From: Candidatus Ruthturnera sp. Tsphm01
GTDB taxonomy: Bacteria; Pseudomonadota; Gammaproteobacteria; PS1; Pseudothioglobaceae
Direction: 5' to 3'
Length of the DNA: 64,000 nucleotides
Assembly: GCA_030142985.1 (NCBI GenBank)
Contig: CP125320.1
Coordinates: 3,639 to 67,638 of the forward strand
Made by a program: the position numbers and the translations under genes
The notes under the pieces: model-generated
Told to the model about the DNA's origin: nothing
Seen by the model: the letters and a program-made list of their open reading frames with translations, nothing else
Databases searched by the model: none
Part shown: piece after piece, positions 63,362 to 64,000 of the stretch
How positions within the stretch are numbered: position 1 is the first letter of the stretch
Layout of the letters: every line of letters starts with the position of its first letter

Positions 63362-64000
63362 AATAATCTCAAAAATAAGCGTCAAGTCTCAGTTGGTTTT
63401 GCTTGCACTTGTTTTAATATCAGTAAAAGTACTTATTACTATCAGCCAAAATTAAGTGATGACAATATCCTAATTTCGGATTATTTACTACGTTTAACCG
63501 CAACGCATAAGCGTTGGGGCTTCAAGCTGTGTTATTTGTATCTGCGTAATGTCAAAGGCTACAAATTTAACCATAAGCGAGTCTATCGCATCTATCGTGA
63601 ACTAGAACTAAATCTAAGAATCAAACCAAGGAGAAGAATTAAAAGAGACAAGCCCGAAGCGCTCAGTGTACCAACAGGCATTAACCAAACCTGGTCAATG
63701 GACTTCATGGCAGATTCACTAACAGATGGCAGAAGCATTAGAACCTTTAATGTAGTAGACGACTACAATCGAGAAGGGTTAAATATTGATGTCGATCTAT
63801 CACTGCCAGCAAGACGGGTTATTCAATCGCTAGAGCGTTTAATCCAATGGCGTGGCAAGCCTAAAACCATCAGATGTGATAATGGTCCAGAATACATTAG
63901 CCAAGCTTTGCGAGATTGGGCACAAGGGCGCGATATTAAGCTAAGATACATCCAACTAGGTAAACCAACTCAAAATGCCTATGTTGAGAGATTTAATCGC
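63356..64000 (+). CDS. IS3-family transposase OrfB (DDE integrase core), 3'-truncated by the window; normally made as an OrfAB fusion
   Basis: -1 frame relative to orfA. Contains ...STYYYQPK..., HKRWGFKLCYLYLR, NQTWSMDFM (first D), RCDNGPEYIS (second D) and YIQLGKPTQNAYVERFNR. Confidence 0.85.
   Translation, partial: MANNLKNKRQVSVGFACTCFNISKSTYYYQPKLSDDNILISDYLLRLTATHKRWGFKLCYLYLRNVKGYKFNHKRVYRIYRELELNLRIKPRRRIKRDKPEALSVPTGINQTWSMDFMADSLTDGRSIRTFNVVDDYNREGLNIDVDLSLPARRVIQSLERLIQWRGKPKTIRCDNGPEYISQALRDWAQGRDIKLRYIQLGKPTQNAYVERFNR

Larger units (their letters stand above)
62998..64000 (+). mobile_element. IS3-family insertion sequence (IS407-group-like), left end to window edge
   Basis: Starts with TG (tgtaataccccc...) at the break in the ABC gene. 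It contains orfA, a -1 frameshift signal and orfB with DDE motifs. The right end is beyond the window. Confidence 0.85.

Noticed and set aside
63986-64000. The window ends at the ERFNR codons of the IS3 orfB, the same point where the relic at 26892 appears to end
   Set aside because: This is probably partly an artefact of my method. I can align the relic only as far as the reference copy is visible, so the coincidence says little. It is recorded as a caveat on the breakpoint, not as biology.

Overview
AT-rich (by eye about 35-40% GC) bacterial chromosome segment. Gene content and order fit a gammaproteobacterial sulfur oxidiser of the SUP05/Thioglobus/bivalve-symbiont type; this placement is inference only. 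Positions 1-26882 are the 3' 26.9 kb of one giant ORF (at least 8,959 aa, start outside the window). It encodes an RTX/type I secretion adhesin-like protein with four parts. First, about 31 tandem 600-bp units, each coding two ~100-aa Ig-like domains, several units identical or differing by 1 nt. Second, a unique Big_5-like plus discoidin-like insert. Third, three blocks of eight ~57-aa repeats that look like 8-bladed beta-propellers and belong to no repeat family I can name. Fourth, RTX nonapeptides and a C-terminal T1SS target region. An IS3-family transposase relic lies within about 10 nt of the stop codon, followed by an IS graveyard (26.9-28.6 kb). The rest is mostly ordinary core genome: type-B succinate dehydrogenase/fumarate reductase (sdhCAB-like), malic enzyme, tRNA-Tyr/Gly/Thr-tuf-tRNA-Trp-secE-nusG-rplKAJL-rpoBC, trpE, and soxXYZA plus a small SoxK-candidate ORF bracketed by IS30/IS1595/MITE debris. 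After that come dnaE, comEC, coaBC, ribD, recA, recX, and an ATM1-type ABC transporter gene interrupted by an apparently functional-looking IS3-family element that runs off the window. The giant adhesin and its propeller modules are the main candidates for novelty. I found no CRISPR array, rRNA or recognisable defence system.
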